A stretch of DNA of 64,000 nucleotides from Somniosus microcephalus (lineage: Eukaryota). This document shows, in pieces, positions 24,560 to 36,108 of this stretch (its first letter is position 1; each line of letters starts with the position of its first letter). The position numbers and the translations under genes are program-made. Below the pieces are notes generated by a model that was given only the letters and a program-made list of their open reading frames with translations, did no database searches and was not told the origin of the DNA. Where the stretch lies: contig CM126217.1 of assembly GCA_052327205.1 (NCBI GenBank), positions 38,750,001-38,814,000 of the forward strand, read 5' to 3'.

Positions 24560-25662
24560 GATGATCATAAGTCTGTCTGTTAGAGCTTCAGAATCATTAT
24601 CAGCGACTCATACCATGTCAATGAGAGAGATGGAAAACTATTCTGTCACCAGCTTGCTGTGATACACCCCTCTGTTCGTCCCCCACTTGCGCATCTTCCT
24701 CCACTCCTATGATCTCCAGGACCGCCTCCTTCCCAGGGGGTGAGGTCGGCTACTGAGGGTGGCCCTCCTCCTGTTCTCGCTTATTGTGCGCTCTCTTTTC
24801 CTGCAATGAGGGAGACAAGTGGAGGTTGAGGGAGAATGAAGGAGTAAGTGTAGAGATTCCATAGCATAGACACTTAGAAGGAGACAAAGATGGAGTGAGG
24901 TGGCAAGACCAAGGGCCCTCCCTGTGTGTTGTCAGTTGTTTTCATAGCATCACCGTGATGGGGAGTGTGAGGGCTGCATAGTCGAATAGTTAGGTGAATG
25001 TGACCATAGAGAGAGAGGGAATGGGTAAGGGTGCCAGGATGTTAGTGTCAAGTGGGATGTGGCGGAAGAGATTGCAAAAGCTGAGTGCTGGTGAGGAAAG
25101 GCAATGGGGATCAGATTGAGGGTGATGGGAAATTCATACTCACTTTTCCAGTGTGCAGAAGGTCATGAAATCTCTTCCTGCACTGAATCCAGGTTCTGTG
25201 GGTTACTGATAATGAGTTGACCTCCTCTGCCACCTGGATCCACACAGCCTTGGTCTGCTGGGGAGGCTTCTTCCTCCCTGAAGAAAGGAAGAGCACCTCT
25301 TTATGAGCTCTTGCTCTCTCAACTAAAGCCTGCAAGACAACATCATCAAACGTGGGAGCAGACCTAGATCTATCGCTGGTCATTCTGCCTCCAGGTCCCT
25401 GTAGCATGAAAGGCCAAAAGGTTGGAAGTCTGCCCAAGAAGCGAAGCTTGTTGCAGACCTTAAACGCAGCAGCAATGATGACGTAATCGGAGGCGACTTT
25501 CAGACTGGAAAAACTCATTTGCCATGGGTTCCCACACGTTGGAACTCAATTGGACAATTAAGTTAAAATCGCATCAGTCTCCCACATCGATTTAGATTCG
25601 GGTGGATAACATGAAATACGGATTACACAACCACAGCCCGCCCCTGAATTAAAGTCCAGCCC
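24560..25662 (-). mobile_element. Harbinger relic: Myb/SANT-like gene exons 1-2 and right TIR
   Basis: ORF 25111-25518 (APTFDD..LQALV...KKPPQQTKAVW..VAEEV...RTWIQCRKRFHDL) is homologous to 35866-36132. Second exon ~24648-24801. Terminus reads GGGCTGGACTTTAATT on the minus strand. Confidence 0.75.
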
Positions 25663-27218
25663 TATATGTTTGACAATGAGTAGTTAGATGGGCTGAAAGC
25701 TATAATATGCCCAGAAAACCATGAGTTCAGCGGAGGGAACACTTGTAACCAATGCAGACCAAATTCACCAGTCACACAACTTCCCACTGTGGTAATTATT
25801 TCCTGGTCCCTGGTGAATTGTGATTAAAGAAGCTGAGCCACTACATATTTCTTTTTAAAGCATACGAGCTTGGAACTGTATCATCCAATTCATAGGTAAG
25901 ATACAAAATGCCTCTTGTACATCCCCGATTTCCATCGCTCCACTATTAGCAGCTGTGCCTTCAGCTGTCTAGGCCCTCAGCTCTGGAATACCCTTCCCTA
26001 AAACTCTCTACCTCTCTCTCCTTTTGAGATGCTCCTTAAAACTTGTCTCTTCGACCAAGCTTTTGGTCATCTGCCCTAATATCTCTGTGATTGTGTCAAA
26101 TTTTGTCTGATTATGTTCCTGTGACATGCACTGAGATGTTTTTCAACATTAAAGGGAATATATAAATGCAAGCTGTTGATAGTGAATATGTCACCAGCAT
26201 AAAGACCACTTTTATTTCAGAAATAAAAAATGAGCCCACTTAATCGTTCTCTTCCACATCATTGTATTTTCTAGGTTCAGCACCTGATGTTTTCACTCAC
26301 CCATCCCCCTTATGTAGCTCTTGGAAATGTGTGAGAGAGGGAGAGGGATATTATATATTTTGGTTGTCCTGTTATTGCTGCTACAGGGGTTAAACTTGTT
26401 CACAATATAGGAGAACTTAAATAAGAATGCACAATGTGCAAATGAACGTGTGAAGCAGGATTTCCTGATCTAACGAATGAGAGATCTACCCACCATTAGT
26501 TCCTACCATTTCTACTGGTGTTAAAAGTATGCTGTATGTAGAAGGGAGTTCTTAAGGGGACAGGGGATTTTCCTGGTTTATTCTCTTGACTATTTTTCAG
26601 CAGACTTTTTTGGGGATATGGTTACTGAAACATGTTTAGTAAGTGGAAAAGTAATGAAATTATTGTCTCTGAAACTCCTTTTAATTCTGACCGTTAATAA
26701 CGCACTTACAAGATTTCAGCAGAATACAAAGATTCTTAAAGAGAGGTTCTGCCAAGTGGCTCCTTGAATACAGATTTTCTCTCCCGCTGAGGGAATAACA
26801 GGGTATCTAACTGCAAGCTACAGAGACTGGTGCTATTTGGCAAGTGAATGTAACCTTATTGGTGGGGGTAGCTTTTAATGGTGGAAGATGATAGAAGCCA
26901 TGCCCAAGAGATCAGCTGGCACCAGAGCCAGACTGGCCACACCCACCATTATGTCACCGACTGTATCTCCAGGCCTTGGCATACCTATCTAGCAATGACC
27001 AAGGTCAAATGCTGCGGCAGTTCAGCAGGGAGTTTCTTGGACAACTGTACTTTCTGATGTAAGATTTCTGCTGCCAACCGCCACCATCTACCTTATGCAA
27101 AGCACTTCTGCTTTGGGATCCATCAAGCAGGTGGTTCAAGACCTGTGCCAATCCTTTTACCATCTACATGATTTTGTCAGTCACTTTTTACCAACCTGAT
27201 TCTTTTGATGGCCAAAAA

Positions 27219-27512
27219 TGTTGTGTTGTAGGAATGGTCAAATTCCTATCTAGAGATTGAGTTTGACACAGGCAATCAATCAAAAAGGTTTTTAATGTCA
27301 AACTAACGAGTTTAAACAGATTGATGCAAGAGAACTATGAATACAGGTCTTAATAGGTCGGAGGCTCCACGAGGACAGCCAGGGCGGTCCCGTGGATGGC
27401 GTCATGACGGTTTTCCTGCGTTTGGGTGATCACGTGATTAGCGGCATGACGTCATCGCGTTTGCCCGCACTCTTAAAGGGACCGCGCACTGTACATGCAA
27501 ACAGTATATACA
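27219..27512 (-). mobile_element. Probable solo LTR (CpG-rich)
   Basis: TGTTGTG...TATACA boundaries, ATTAAA on the minus strand and abrupt CpG enrichment. No convincing TSD. Confidence 0.45.
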
Positions 27513-28314
27513 ATGGTACAGATTTAGTCTGTAGCTAACACATCGTTAAAGGGAATTATGTACAGTTGTTCAGAGTCCCTCAGTGGCTCTGCCACAGTGT
27601 TATCCAGTGATTTTGCTGAATTAAAAATTGCATGTTGTCTACCTTTCAATGGCCACATTCCCTTTTAAATGGGTGCTATGCTCCCCTGCTGCTGTATTCT
27701 CACAAGCTCAGATTTGGGTGGTCCTGTCTGCTAATTGGGTGGCCCGTGGCCTATCCAGACCCACCCATAGCTCGGCCCCTCCTGTGGATGTCAGGCAAAG
27801 ACAGGAGCTTGGACTTGGTTATGGTGCCCTCCACAGTTAAATAGCCCACTGACACTCATTGTCTAAACTCATACACGAAGAATGACCATTGGGGCAAGGG
27901 TTTCTGACATCCATGGAATCATACCTGAGCAAGCCAGGGCCTTCAGTGGGAACTGTAGCTGAATTTTCTCCTCCTAACCAGAAAATTTTGAGGCTTTCTA
28001 CAAACCAACTTAAGATCTGATAAACAAAACAAAAAGAGAAGAGAACTATGACTGGAGACATGTATATAATTTATCTCCAAAACAAATTGTGATGTAAATG
28101 AGATTTACAGATTGTTAGACCCAAAAGTGTTTTGTTTTGTACAATGACTGTGTTCTGACACTTTATTTAGAAGACAATGTTTCAGTGTCAGTGGTAAGAT
28201 CGCAGGATCACGATTTCACACTCACTGCATAAGAATTCAATCAACCATTGAAAGTTATCTTTAAAAAATCAAACCACAAAACACAAACCTCCCTTCATAA
28301 AATCCTTATCACCA

Positions 28315-28528
28315 CATAACAATGTCCTGACCAATATTTATCCCTCAATCAACATCACTAAAAAAACGGATATCTGGTCATTATCACATTGCTGTTTGTG
28401 GGAGCTTGCTGTGCGCAATTGGCTGCCGTGTTTCCCACATTACAACAGTGGCTACACTTGAAAAAGTACTTCATTGGCTGTAAAACACGTTGGAACGTCC
28501 CGAGGTCATGTAAGGCGCTATAGAAATG
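28315..28528 (+). mobile_element. SacSINE1/Deu-SINE-like 3' half with L2-type tail
   Basis: ccaatatttatccctcaa...tctggtcattatcacattgctgtttgtgggagcttgctgtgcgc...aggcgctata. Related pieces at 6600-6665, 23835-23965 and 62575-62680 (all minus). Confidence 0.75.
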
Positions 28529-29554
28529 TTGGCATATGGAACTCAGTTAACTCAGCTTCTGAACGGTCTTCACGTTTAGTTCATTTGATCTGGGGAAAAA
28601 AGATGGTTTGCACTGTTAGAGAGAGAGATACAGATTTCACTTAGCAACAGCCAGTGTTCAAGCCTGAAGATGCTAATAGTATTGCCATACTGTAAACATC
28701 CCATCACACACCATTGCAATCTTGGCAAGACGATGGTAAAGTACAAGCCGGTTGAAGGATGGTACATTGAATGTAAACCACCGAATGTTGATGTACGAGA
28801 AATGTAAACTTGTGTGCGTCGGCTGAAGGACGGTGCTTTTGGCCGGATAAGGCAAGGCTACTTCCAGTTTGATAAAGGAAATAGTGTATAAGAAAGAAGT
28901 TTTTGTGTTAAGTTTGGAGAAGAAAGAAACCTTTCTTGGGTGCATGCCTACACTCAGAACGGTTGATGAAACTCCGCTTGTAAACTGCGTTATACTCTGA
29001 AGAAGTTATACTCTGCCTTTAGATTGTTTTTTTGTGTTAAAGTAGGAAAAATTAAAGTGATTGTAACCATAAAACTGAATTCTTTACTACTCAACGGAAC
29101 AACAGAAGACTGTTTAAATACAAATGCAAGTCTTTCTTTTCTTTTGAAAAGATTACTTAGTGTAACAACACAACTGCAGAGCTCCTAAAACAAGGCCCGA
29201 GGCAACATATATGAACAAAGTAAGTTCTCCTGTTAGAATTATATATTTAGTTATGTGCATATATATTTTTAATGAGTTAGGCATTGTATTAACAGGGGCA
29301 CCGCATGGGTCCCAGTGTGATACCACATTTGTACAGCCCATGGGCAATAACCATATTTCACACACTTATGATTGTATCATGTTGTGATCCACATAATACG
29401 ATCAATGCCCTATAGGTGGTCAGAACTTTTATTGTAAAAGTTCTCAGTTTTCTTCTCTCCTTTACTGAACACAATAACTTGCTCAGGTACAGTTCCATGG
29501 CACTGGCAGCCCTTTGGTACCTCTATTAAATGACCAAACTCCAGTATGACCATT

Positions 29555-30389
29555 GGGCGCGATCTTGCCAGCACTGGGGAGGCGAGTATAGAGGTGGGAC
29601 TGCTGGGAAAATGGCAGAATCTGGGGGCAGGTGCCCAACCCGCCCCCAACCTGCCTCCGTGCCATCTTGCCAGGAGGCGGGTAGCCAACCCACGCCGGGT
29701 CCCGTCTCCTTGGAGGCGGGAAGGGAATTTGTTCCACTTATCAGCCTGTTAACAGGTAGTTAACAGGCAGATAAGAGGATTATCCCCATTTTACCCACAA
29801 GTGCGGGCTTCCCGAAGGCTCCGAACCCCACCAGGGTCACCAAGGTGAGTAGTGGGTCTGCGGGGTGCAAAAGTGCACTGTGAAGGTAAGTGATGGGTGC
29901 AAGTGTGGAGAGGTAAGTATGTGAGATAAGTGGAAAGTGTTAGTAAAAGTTTACTTACCTTTGTTTCTTCCTGCAGGCTTCAAAAGCTGGGGATGCGGAG
30001 AGTCTCGTACCTCCGCGGCAGAGATGAGAGATGGCTGTTGCATTCTCCAATGTAGCAACCATCAATTTTCTGCTAAAGAAAGAGGTTTGATGAGGTCTTG
30101 AATTCAAGAACTCATCAAACTACAGAGAATGTCAGTGTTTAACAGCTTCACAGAGCTGTCAAGTGATGACAATTCATCTCTCAAAACTTTTTGACAGATG
30201 CAACGTCACACATTGACGTTCTCTGTTGCCGGCTTCCCCTTAATTGGCCTGCTAGGCCTGCTGGGTGGGATTAACAAGGTCAATCAAGGGAAGATAGCGC
30301 GGGTTGGCCAGACGTTGATGGAGGCGGGGCTGAAGCCTGACATGTGGGAGACCCACCCCCAAAAGCTCCCCATTGGCAAAATCCAGCCC
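29555..30389. mobile_element. Non-autonomous Harbinger-like MITE (~835 bp)
   Basis: Imperfect TIRs GGGCGCGATCTTGCCA / TGGCAAAATCCAGCCC, 3-bp flanks ATT/ATA, no coding capacity. Confidence 0.6.
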
Positions 30390-32653
30390 ATAGTGTCACT
30401 TGGTAATTTCACTGTTCCACCATCAGAGCATCACAGCTGAGTTCAATCCTGTCTTATGTCCACATATAAGAACATAAGAAATAGGAGCAAGAGTAGACCA
30501 TTTGGCCCTTCGAGCCTGCTCCACCATTCAATAAGATCATGGCTACCTCATCTCCACTTTCCTGAACTATCCCCATATCTCTTGATTCCCTTAATGTTCA
30601 AAAATCTATCGATCTCTGTCTTGAATATACTCAACGACTGAGCCGCCACAGCCCTCTGGCGTAGAGAATTCCAAAGATTCACCAACCTCTGAGTGAAGAA
30701 ATTTCTCCTCATCTCTATACTACTGAATGGCCGACAGGGGAAACATCCTCCCTGCATCTACCCGGTCAAGTCCTGTAAGAATTTTGTATGTTTCAATGAG
30801 ATCACCTCTCATTCTTCTAAACTCTGGATAATATCGGCCTAGTCTACTCAATCTCTCCTCATAAGACGTTCCCCCCATCCCAGGAACCAGTCTGGTGAAC
30901 CTTCGTTGCACTCCCTCTATGGCAAGTATATCCTTCCTTAGGTAAGGAGACCAAAACTGTACACAGTACTCCAGGTGTGGTCTCACCAGGGCCCTATATA
31001 ATTGCAGTAAGACGTCTTTACTCTTATACTCAAATCCTCTTGTAATAAAGGCCAACAGACCATTTGCTTTCCTAATTGCTTGCTGTACCTGCATGTTAAC
31101 TTTCAGTGATTGGTGTACAAGGACACCCAGGTCCCTCTGAACACCAACATTTCCCAATCTCTCACCATTTAGAAAATACTCTGCTTTTCCAATTTTCCTA
31201 CCAAAGTGGATAACTTCACATTTCTCCACATTATATTCCATTTACCATGTTCTTGCCCACTCACTTAGCCTGTCTATATCTCCTTGAAGCCTCCTTGCAT
31301 CCTCCTCACAACTTACATTCCCACCCAGCTTTGTATCATCAGCAAACTTGGTCCCCTCATCCAAATCATTGATGTAGATTGTGAATAGCTGAGGCCCAAG
31401 CACGGATCCTTGCGGTACCCTACTAGTTACAGCCTGCCAACCCGAAAATTATGCATTTATTCCTACTCTCTGTTTTCTGTCCATTAACCAAACCTCAATC
31501 CATGCTAGTATATTACCCCCAATCCCATGGGCCCTAATTTTGTTTAATAACCTCTTGTGTGATACCTTATCGACTGCCTTCTGAAAATTCAAATACACCA
31601 CATCCACTGGTTCCCCCTTATCTATTCTGCTAGTTACAACCTCAAAAAAACTCCAACAGATTCGTCAAACACGATTTCCCTTTCATAAATCCGTGTTGAC
31701 TCTGCCCTATCCTATTATTATTTTCTAAGTGCCCTGTTACCACGTCCTTAATAATAGATTCTAGCATTTTCCCTACTACTGATGTCAGGCTAACCGGTCT
31801 GTAGTTCCCCTTTTTCGCTCTCACTCCTTTCTTAAATAGTGGGGTTACATTTGCTGCCTTCCAATCCGTGGGAACCGTTCTAAAATCTATGGAATTTTGG
31901 AAAATGACAACCAATGCATCCATTATCTCTATAGCCACTTCTTTCAAAACCCTAGGATGTAGGCCATCAGGTCCAGTGGATTCATTGGCTTTCAGTTCCA
32001 TTAATTTCTCCAGTACTACTTTTTTACTGATACTAATTTCTTTCAGTTCCTCATTCTCGCTAGACCCTTGGTTCTCCACTATTTCCAGGAAGTTTTTTGC
32101 ATCTTCTTCCATGAAGACAGGCACAAAGGCTGCGAATTTAATAGACCTCAGAGGGCAGGTTTGGAGGTGGGTCGGTTGTGAAAATCGGAAAAATTGCCGG
32201 CGGGCTGTAAACCCGCCTCCATCCCGCCTCCACGCAACTTTGGCAAGTGTCAGGTCAGCAGTTCCCGAACTGACCCGACACCAAACAGTGGGAGAGGCAA
32301 TTCAGGCAGTTAACAGGTCATTAACTAATCCTATTTTAAAGGACTGTTCGGATTTTGGAGGTTTTTCAGCCGGCTGCCTGCCTTCATAAAAACACGCCAG
32401 GTGAATCGAGCCGGGTTGAGCTAGGACCTGAATTGTTGCCAGCTGCTCGAACAGCTTAAAAGCGGTCCTGCTATCGCTCATTCTTTCACATGCCACAATT
32501 TAGTGCTTTGAGGTTTGGGAGACATTTTTCAGCTCTACTAATCTTGTGAGTGTTGAGGCTGAAACCCATCTGCAGAGTGAATCCTTGGAATACCCTCTGG
32601 TCACTTTGAGCGCAAACAACCTCTATTCCTCGACTGAGATATATACCAGCGGT

Positions 32654-33922
32654 ATGGGAACAAGTTATACCCTCTCATCCTGGTCCTCAAATTCGGAGGA
32701 AGGGCAGCCGCGACAGCAGCAGAACCAGGCACAACAGCAGCACCAACAAGAGCGCCAACCTCCTCCTCAGCCACCTGATGCTGCACAGGGCAGAGAGCGT
32801 CAGCGCAGGCCTGCACGTCGCCGCAGGAGATACCCCCAACACAGGGTTTACAGGCCGAGGATGAGCTTCCTCAACATGAGTGAGCAGCAGTGCCAAAGGA
32901 GGCTGAGACTGTCGCGAGAGGTAGTTGCTGACATCTGCGCAATGCTGCACCAACACCTGAAGCTCAGAGGAGCGGGTGGACACTCTTTACCAGTGGCTGT
33001 CAAAGTCACCACCGCCCTCAACTTCTTTGCTTCGGGCTCCTTCCAGGGATCAGCAGCAGACGTCAGCGCCATCTCCCAGGTGGCCGCACACACCTGCATC
33101 ATGCAGGCTACCGACGCCCTCTTTACAAAGGCGCACAATTACATTCACTTCTCCACGGATGAAGCAAGTGTAACTGTGCATGCGGTTGGCTTTGCAAATA
33201 TGGCAGGCTTCCCGAGGGTGCAGGGTGTCATAGACTGCACACATGTGGCCATTAGGGCACCCCAGCACAACCCAGCTGTTTTTGTCAACCGCAAGGGCTT
33301 CCACTCCCTTAACGTCCAGCTGGTGTGTAACCACAGGAAGAACATTATGCATGTTTGCACCAAGTACCCTGGCAGTTGCCATGACTCCTTCATCCTGCGG
33401 CAGTCTACGGTGCCTCAGCTCTTTAATCTGCCAACCCAACTTTCTGGAGGGCTACTTGACGACAAGGGCTATCCCCTGAAAAAGTGGCTCATGACACCAA
33501 TGAGCAGGCCATCAAACAAGGCTGAGGAGCGGTACAATGTGAGCCACATTTCCACCAGAAGCATCACAGAGAAAACCATCGGCTTGCTCAAAATGCGATT
33601 CCGATGCCTCAACAGATCTGGTGGAGCCCTACAGTATGCACCATCCAGGGTGTCCAGAATCATCGTGGTCTGCTGTGCCCTGCACAACATTGCACAGCAG
33701 CGTGGCTTAGTGCTGCCTGAGGAACAAATGGCTCAGCGCAGACCATTCTCGGAAGAGGGGGAGGAGGAGGAGGAAGAGGATGAGGAGGAGGCTGAGGAGG
33801 AGGAGGACAAGGATGAGGAGGAGGCACGCCTTGTGGGACCGGGTGTGGCCATTGCAGTAGCACTCGAGCACATTGCTGGCCGTCACGCAAGGGATGCACT
33901 CATCCATGCCAGATTCACGTAA
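32654..33922 (+). CDS. Harbinger (HARBI1-like) DDE transposase, uninterrupted ORF
   Basis: [62 protein letters not shown] and an acidic tail. First ATG at 32654. Confidence 0.9.
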   Translation: MGTSYTLSSWSSNSEEGQPRQQQNQAQQQHQQERQPPPQPPDAAQGRERQRRPARRRRRYPQHRVYRPRMSFLNMSEQQCQRRLRLSREVVADICAMLHQHLKLRGAGGHSLPVAVKVTTALNFFASGSFQGSAADVSAISQVAAHTCIMQATDALFTKAHNYIHFSTDEASVTVHAVGFANMAGFPRVQGVIDCTHVAIRAPQHNPAVFVNRKGFHSLNVQLVCNHRKNIMHVCTKYPGSCHDSFILRQSTVPQLFNLPTQLSGGLLDDKGYPLKKWLMTPMSRPSNKAEERYNVSHISTRSITEKTIGLLKMRFRCLNRSGGALQYAPSRVSRIIVVCCALHNIAQQRGLVLPEEQMAQRRPFSEEGEEEEEEDEEEAEEEEDKDEEEARLVGPGVAIAVALEHIAGRHARDALIHARFT

Positions 33923-34206
33923 GCTTATGCTTCAACCACAGATGGCTGGCATATGGCTATGAATGTGTGGATGACCTTCTTAAAATGCCATATATCATCT
34001 CTGCAATAAACTGTGCTTTCCTATCTCTCTCAGCACCATCATTACAAATGCAAGTCGCCCTGAGCCCTCAATGTGCAACTTCCATTTCCCAGAACACATA
34101 GGCCAGAACTTCAACTGTTTGCCATCACTTTTGTTTAACTCATCACAGAAGGATGACAATCAAAAATATACAACAGAACAAAACACCCAAGTGATTACCC
34201 TTGTGA

Positions 34207-36108
34207 CTATTTGTGTGTTAGCTTCCTCTTATGCGTGCTTCTACGTGGTGCTTCCCTTGTGGCTTCAGCAGATGTAGAGGCACCTTGCTCACTTTGATGC
34301 TGCGCCTGTTTAGACGCCTTTGGTGGGTGTCCTCTGGGTTTGGGAGCCTGGGAGGGCTCTACCACAGTCTGCTTTTCCTGCGGCTGTGCAGGGGCTGAGA
34401 CGGCCATCTCAGTTGGGTGAGGACTCTGGGGCTCTGACCGAGGGCTCCGCAGTGGCATGGTCGTGTGAGCAGTTGGAGAGGAGCCCACACTTCCTTGTTG
34501 TTGACCACCAACATCCCACTCATGGGTCAGCAGCACTTCACTGCTAGCAAGTGGCTGGAGAGCACCTTGCTGCACATCAGTGGGGCCATGAGGACCTGTC
34601 TCTGTACTGACAGTCCTCATAATGGGGACATCCATGTACCTCTGGTGTCTCTCCTCAATAGATGCCCATCTCTCCTCCATAGCAGACCATCTATTTAGAA
34701 GAGTCACCGTGTTCTCGTGTGTCTGGCGACTTATGTCCTCCATGGAGGTTGCCACCCTCTCCATGGCAGCACGTTCATGCGCCATTGCCTCCACAAAGGC
34801 AGTGCTCATGTTAGAGATGGACTCCTCCATTCTCTCCACACTCGCAGTTATCCTGGAGGCAAACCCTGTCAGACACTCCTGCACTTGTTCCTGGAGTTCC
34901 AGCACCATTCTCTTTCTGGATGGCCCCAAAGGCACAGTGTCTACATGCAGCTGAGCAGAGCTAGGAGTGTCCTGCGGCCTCCGGCGAGGACTCGCCACTG
35001 CTGTCCCTGTCTCCACCATCTGCTGATGCTCACTTGTGAGCTGTGATACACCAGGTGACAACACCACACTATGTCGTGCAGGACCCACCAAGGTGTGCAT
35101 ATCTACGCTGGTGCTGGGTGCGCTGAGTCTTGGTGACGCTGCTCCCTCAGAGGCTGCAGGGTCCTCTGAGAAGTCGTGGGATCTTCCTCCTGGACAGTGG
35201 GGAGGGGGATGCTCGATGGTCCTGTGGGAGAGTAAAGGCATGAGATAGACATGTGATTTTTAGGTAGCAGACACATCCAATTGTGCAGATGATCCAAAGT
35301 CAATCTCTATGAACATCATATACCATTGCAGTCAATCATGAAATCTAAATGCGAGGTTTGAAAATCTATTCTGTCACCAGCTTCCTCTAATGCGCCCGTC
35401 TCTTCGTCCCCCACTTCCACCTCCCACGATCTCGTGCACAGCCTCCTCAGCACTTGTCAATGTCACCAGGGATGGTGGGCCTCCTCCTGTCTTCGCTCTC
35501 TCCCTCTTATTATGAGCTATCTTTTCCTGCAAGGAGGGACACAAGTGGAGTTTCAGTGAGAGTGATGGAGTGACTGTGAAGAATCTATAACATTGAAGCT
35601 TAGAGGGAGATCAAGATGGAGTGAGGTGCCAAGAGGAAGCTGCCTCCCTGTGCATTGTTAGTTGTTGTCATTGCATAACAGTGAGAGTGAGTGTAAGGGG
35701 TGCATAGTAGGATGGTGAAGTGATTCAGTACAGAGAGAGTGATGGGAAGGTGAGGGTGCAAGGGAAGTAAGGGTAAGGTGGGATGTGGAGGAGCAGGCTT
35801 ACAATGCAGAGTGCTGGTGATGAGAAGAGAAGGGAAGCAGATTGAAGGTAAGTGTAACGTGATGCTCACTTTTGATGCTGCAGAAGATTATTAAACCGTT
35901 TCCTGCACTGGACCCAGGTGCGTGAACAAATGGAATTTGCGCTTACCTCCTCAGCAATCTGCAGCCAGGCTGCCTTTGTTTGCTGAGGAGGCTTCCTCCG
36001 GCCATCGGGAGGGAACAGAATTTCCCTGCGCCCTCTTACTCCCTGCGCAAGAGCTTGGAAGGAGTCCTCATTAAACCGTGGAGCAGCCTTGGCTTTTGCA
36101 GCACTCAT
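34207..36108 (-). pseudogene. Harbinger Myb/SANT-like (MSANTD-type) DNA-binding gene, 3 exons, apparently frameshifted
   Basis: Exon 1 36108-35870 (APRF...AAWLQIAEEV...TWVQCRKRFNNL; GTGAG donor), exon 2 ~35526-35379 (EKIAHNKRERAKTGGGPP), exon 3 ~35222-34207. Splice phases do not join without small indels. Confidence 0.75.
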
